64,000 bases of DNA from an uncultured delta proteobacterium. GTDB taxonomy: Bacteria; Desulfobacterota; Desulfomonilia; Desulfomonilales; Desulfomonilaceae. The stretch covers positions 32,001 through 96,000 of the forward strand of contig CAWBKB010000004.1 in NCBI GenBank assembly GCA_963789265.1. Reading direction: 5' to 3'. Under the pieces are notes generated by a model that saw nothing but the letters and a program-made list of their open reading frames with translations, was not told where the DNA came from and ran no database searches. A program made the translations under genes and the position numbers. Positions 61,158 through 64,000 of the stretch are shown piece by piece. Each line of letters opens with the position of its first letter. Position 1 is the stretch's first letter.

Positions 61158-62126
61158 TCACGATTGTGATTTGCGGAACAGCCTTTCATACAGACCGACC
61201 ACTCCGCCTGGGGCGAAAAGCACGACAACCAGCAAGATTATACCCAGGACAATCGCCCACATCTCGACCATGATGCTGCTCGATTGCTGAAGAATAATCT
61301 TAAGGAACATCAGAATTGCCGACCCGATTGCCGGCCCTGCCAGGGAATACATTCCTCCCACAAGACCGGCCAGAATCGGCTCCGCGGACTTGCTCCAATG
61401 GAGGAAATCCACTTGAGCGAAGCGATTCAGCTCGGTCAACAAACCGCCGGCCAGTCCTGCAAAAGCGCCCGCGATTACAAAGTTTATCAACTGATAACGC
61501 CTGACATTTATTCCTATGAATTTGGCGCGTTCCATGTTCTCTCTTATGGTTCTAATGCTCAGCCCGAAGGAGGAATTCACTATCATTCTCATGATCATGA
61601 AACAGACAAGGAAAAGCACAAGACATAATAAATAATAATTCGGCGGACTTAGAATGTCGGGCCTGGGAATTCCGTGTATCCCGTCGTCTCCACCCGTAAA
61701 GGTGTACCACTCGAAAACTATCATGTACAAAAGCTGACCGAATGCCAGAGTGAGTATTGCGAAGTACAACCCCAAACGACGCACACAAAACCACCCGATA
61801 ATGGCCGCAACGAAAGCCGCCACAACAGGCGCTGCCGGCAGAGCCAGGTACAGAGGCCAACCGGCTTTTTTCATCAGCAGCGCCACGGTGTACGCGCCGA
61901 CGCCAAAGAAAGCCGCGTGGCCGAAACTGACCATTCCTCCAAAGCCGAGAATCAAATTCAAGCTCAGAGCGAACAACGCCATGATGATCATCTCGGTAGT
62001 GACCCAGATCCAGTATTCTCCAGTCTTGCCTAGCCGATTCAACACAAATGGCAGAACGAACAGAGCCACCGCCACGACAATCCCTGCGACCCAGTTCATC
62101 GTGTTGTTCGAGTGCGGCTTGTCCAT
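61158..62126 (-). CDS. livM: LivM-type permease
   Basis: GFGGMVSFGHAAFFG, YFAILTLAF, TGGDDG. Confidence 0.92.
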   Translation of the reverse strand: MDKPHSNNTMNWVAGIVVAVALFVLPFVLNRLGKTGEYWIWVTTEMIIMALFALSLNLILGFGGMVSFGHAAFFGVGAYTVALLMKKAGWPLYLALPAAPVVAAFVAAIIGWFCVRRLGLYFAILTLAFGQLLYMIVFEWYTFTGGDDGIHGIPRPDILSPPNYYLLCLVLFLVCFMIMRMIVNSSFGLSIRTIRENMERAKFIGINVRRYQLINFVIAGAFAGLAGGLLTELNRFAQVDFLHWSKSAEPILAGLVGGMYSLAGPAIGSAILMFLKIILQQSSSIMVEMWAIVLGIILLVVVLFAPGGVVGLYERLFRKSQS

Positions 62127-62148
62127 TGACGGCTTTTCCTCTCGATTT

Positions 62149-63033
62149 CTATCGTTCCGGTTTTCCAAAGAAGCCCCACGGCCGCACGACGAGCACCAGG
62201 GCCATGAGGGCATAGGGAAAGACCAGAGCCCATCGGCCGATAGAGAGTTGCAAGAATGTGGTCCCCGTACCAATGATCAGGGACCCCAACAATGCTCCGC
62301 CCACACTTCCCAGGCCTCCGATGACCACCACTGCGAAGCATTCGATGATCTTTTCCATTCCAATACCAAGGTCGATGCTGGCGAGTGCCGCGGTCAGCAC
62401 CCCGCCAAGGCCGGCTAACCAGCATCCCAGCATGAAGGTGGAAGTCATCACCCAAGAAACATTGACCCCCAGGGCCCCCAAAGTGTCCGGATAAGACACA
62501 GCGGCCCGGATCACATTTCCGGACCGTGTTCGATACAGAAGAAACCACAATCCCAGTGCAATTGCCGGCCCTATCATCAGTATAAATAGATTATACGTCG
62601 GCAAAGACAGCCCAAAAACACTCACGGATCCAGCCAGAATATCGGGCCGCGTAACATTTCTCGGCTCTCCGCCCCATATCACTCGCACCAGGTCGTCCAG
62701 TATCAGAACCAGGGCATACGTGAGCAGCAACTGGAGCAGGTGCTCCTTGCCGTAAACACGACGGAATAGCGTGACCTCCAGCAAGAGTCCTATCACGGCC
62801 AACACAGGGGGAACGACCAGTAGCAATATCAGAAAGCTAAATATGGTGCCGCCGGTCATTAGCGTGGACAATGAAAATGCGACGAACGCGCCGATCATGT
62901 AAAGAGATCCATGGGCAAAATTGATCACTCTGAGCACGCCGAACACCAGAGAGAGCCCGGATGCGATGATAAACAGGAGCATCCCCTGGCACAGGCCGTT
63001 GATCAGCATGAATATGATCATTTCAATGGTCAT
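62149..63033 (-). CDS. livH: LivH-type permease
   Basis: GLSLVFGVLRVINFAHG, FAVVVIGGLGS. Confidence 0.92.
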   Translation of the reverse strand: MTIEMIIFMLINGLCQGMLLFIIASGLSLVFGVLRVINFAHGSLYMIGAFVAFSLSTLMTGGTIFSFLILLLVVPPVLAVIGLLLEVTLFRRVYGKEHLLQLLLTYALVLILDDLVRVIWGGEPRNVTRPDILAGSVSVFGLSLPTYNLFILMIGPAIALGLWFLLYRTRSGNVIRAAVSYPDTLGALGVNVSWVMTSTFMLGCWLAGLGGVLTAALASIDLGIGMEKIIECFAVVVIGGLGSVGGALLGSLIIGTGTTFLQLSIGRWALVFPYALMALVLVVRPWGFFGKPER

Positions 63034-63102
63034 GGTCTATTGTCCCCACAGATCTCGTTTCAACATTTTGCCGTGCTGCGCGCAAAATCCTAACCCAGGG
63101 CC

Positions 63103-63288
63103 CATTGGAGCAAACTTAAGAGCATTTCGTTACCTCTGAAGAGCTCCAACGGGCCAAGGGCCATCAAAGTCTCCCTTTTTTAAAGGGGGCTTTAGGGGGA
63201 TTTTCAATGGGTTAGCTCAAAATCCCCCCTAGCGCCCTTTACGAAAGGGGGGAATTCAGCGTTCCGCGGGGCTAAGTTAGCTCCTATG
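63103..63288. repeat. Intact copy of the palindromic MITE that hosts IS1595 element 2
   Basis: Ends cattggagcaaacttaag / ctaagttagctcctatg; its reverse complement aligns with 11328-11367 + 14247-14384. Confidence 0.85.
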
Positions 63289-63429
63289 AACCCAGAGCCG
63301 GGCAGCGGGAGTCAGGTAGCATTGCTCCCCTCGGGCCGGGTAGGAACGAGGAAAAATAACAGACAGTCACTTGGAGCAGAGTCCCGCCGCCCAAGAGCTT
63401 CGGCGCGGTAACCAACGAGGAACGCCAGG

Positions 63430-64000
63430 CTATTTCTTTCCTTCCTGCAGCTTCTTTACTTCATCAACTGACAACCAGACCTTCTCTGCAGGAATTTCCT
63501 TTACATCCTTCATAATGAGAAATTTCTTGTAGTGGGGATCTTTGGTGGTCACGCCCACGTATATGCCGACGTTGGCCATGTGGTCTATCGCACGGATGTA
63601 ACGCTCGCCCCTCAAGGATTTGAACCTAAGTCCGCCGAGTACTTTGACCACCTGTTCCGAGTCGACGCTGTTTGCTTTCTTTATGGCGTCGGTCAAAGCT
63701 ATCATACCGTCATAAGCCATAAGCGCCCAGTCAGCCGGCCATTCCTTGGACTTGTCGACGTACTTCTTGGAAAAAGCCTTCATCTGCGGAGTATCCACAG
63801 CGTAAAACGGGCACCGTGCATACCCTGTCAGCCCTTCCGGCATCTGCATCCCGGTGGCTCTAAGGAGATCCAGGTCAAAGAGCGAACTCAACGGTGCTTT
63901 TTTGAAGAGGCCGAAGGGAATGCCTTGCTTTATAAACGAGCTCAGTTGCCCGCCCCAGAAGGCCGCGTATGTGGCATCGGCGTTTTTCGCCATGAGGGTG
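63430..64000 (-). CDS. HAAT-type ABC substrate-binding protein, 3' part
   Basis: AYDG...AIKKANSVD...RAIDH; runs off the window end; heads the liv operon. Confidence 0.85.
   Translation of the reverse strand, partial: TLMAKNADATYAAFWGGQLSSFIKQGIPFGLFKKAPLSSLFDLDLLRATGMQMPEGLTGYARCPFYAVDTPQMKAFSKKYVDKSKEWPADWALMAYDGMIALTDAIKKANSVDSEQVVKVLGGLRFKSLRGERYIRAIDHMANVGIYVGVTTKDPHYKKFLIMKDVKEIPAEKVWLSVDEVKKLQEGKK

Overview
Bacterial chromosomal segment, probably from a Desulfomonile-like deltaproteobacterium (inferred from gene content only). The left half (1-31.5 kb) is an accessory/defence-rich region. It holds the C-terminal part of a long SIR2/Dsr1-like protein, an amidase, and two related cargo-carrying IS1595-family transposons (5929-9518 and 11368-14238), each with perfect 22-24 bp TIRs and an 8-bp target duplication. 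Element 1 carries an ABC/AAA ATPase + TOPRIM-like pair and a phage-tail-like ORF, and splits a Ser/Thr kinase-adenylate cyclase fusion gene that rejoins in frame. Element 2 carries a HEPN-like protein, a small HNH nuclease and a TYW3-motif ORF, and sits inside a palindromic MITE. Both encode the same small helical accessory protein and share a promoter-bearing end module placed at opposite ends relative to the transposase. Further on are a cluster of intact and decayed toxin-antitoxin genes, ABC exporters, hypB, and a truncated hsdR interrupted by a 280-bp IS66-type MITE. The right half is mostly housekeeping (rpmB, DnaJ-class protein, Hsp20, TPR protein, rpe, AmmeMemoRadiSam enzyme, mpl, GT2, XdhC, ppdK, cobO, two liv-type ABC operons), with an IS1182 element inserted in a REP hairpin. 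Many MITE/REP repeats and several long RNA-like hairpins lie in intergenic DNA. Single-base indels in short homopolymers in conserved genes suggest sequencing error, so isolated frameshifts need caution. No tRNA, rRNA or CRISPR array was recognised.
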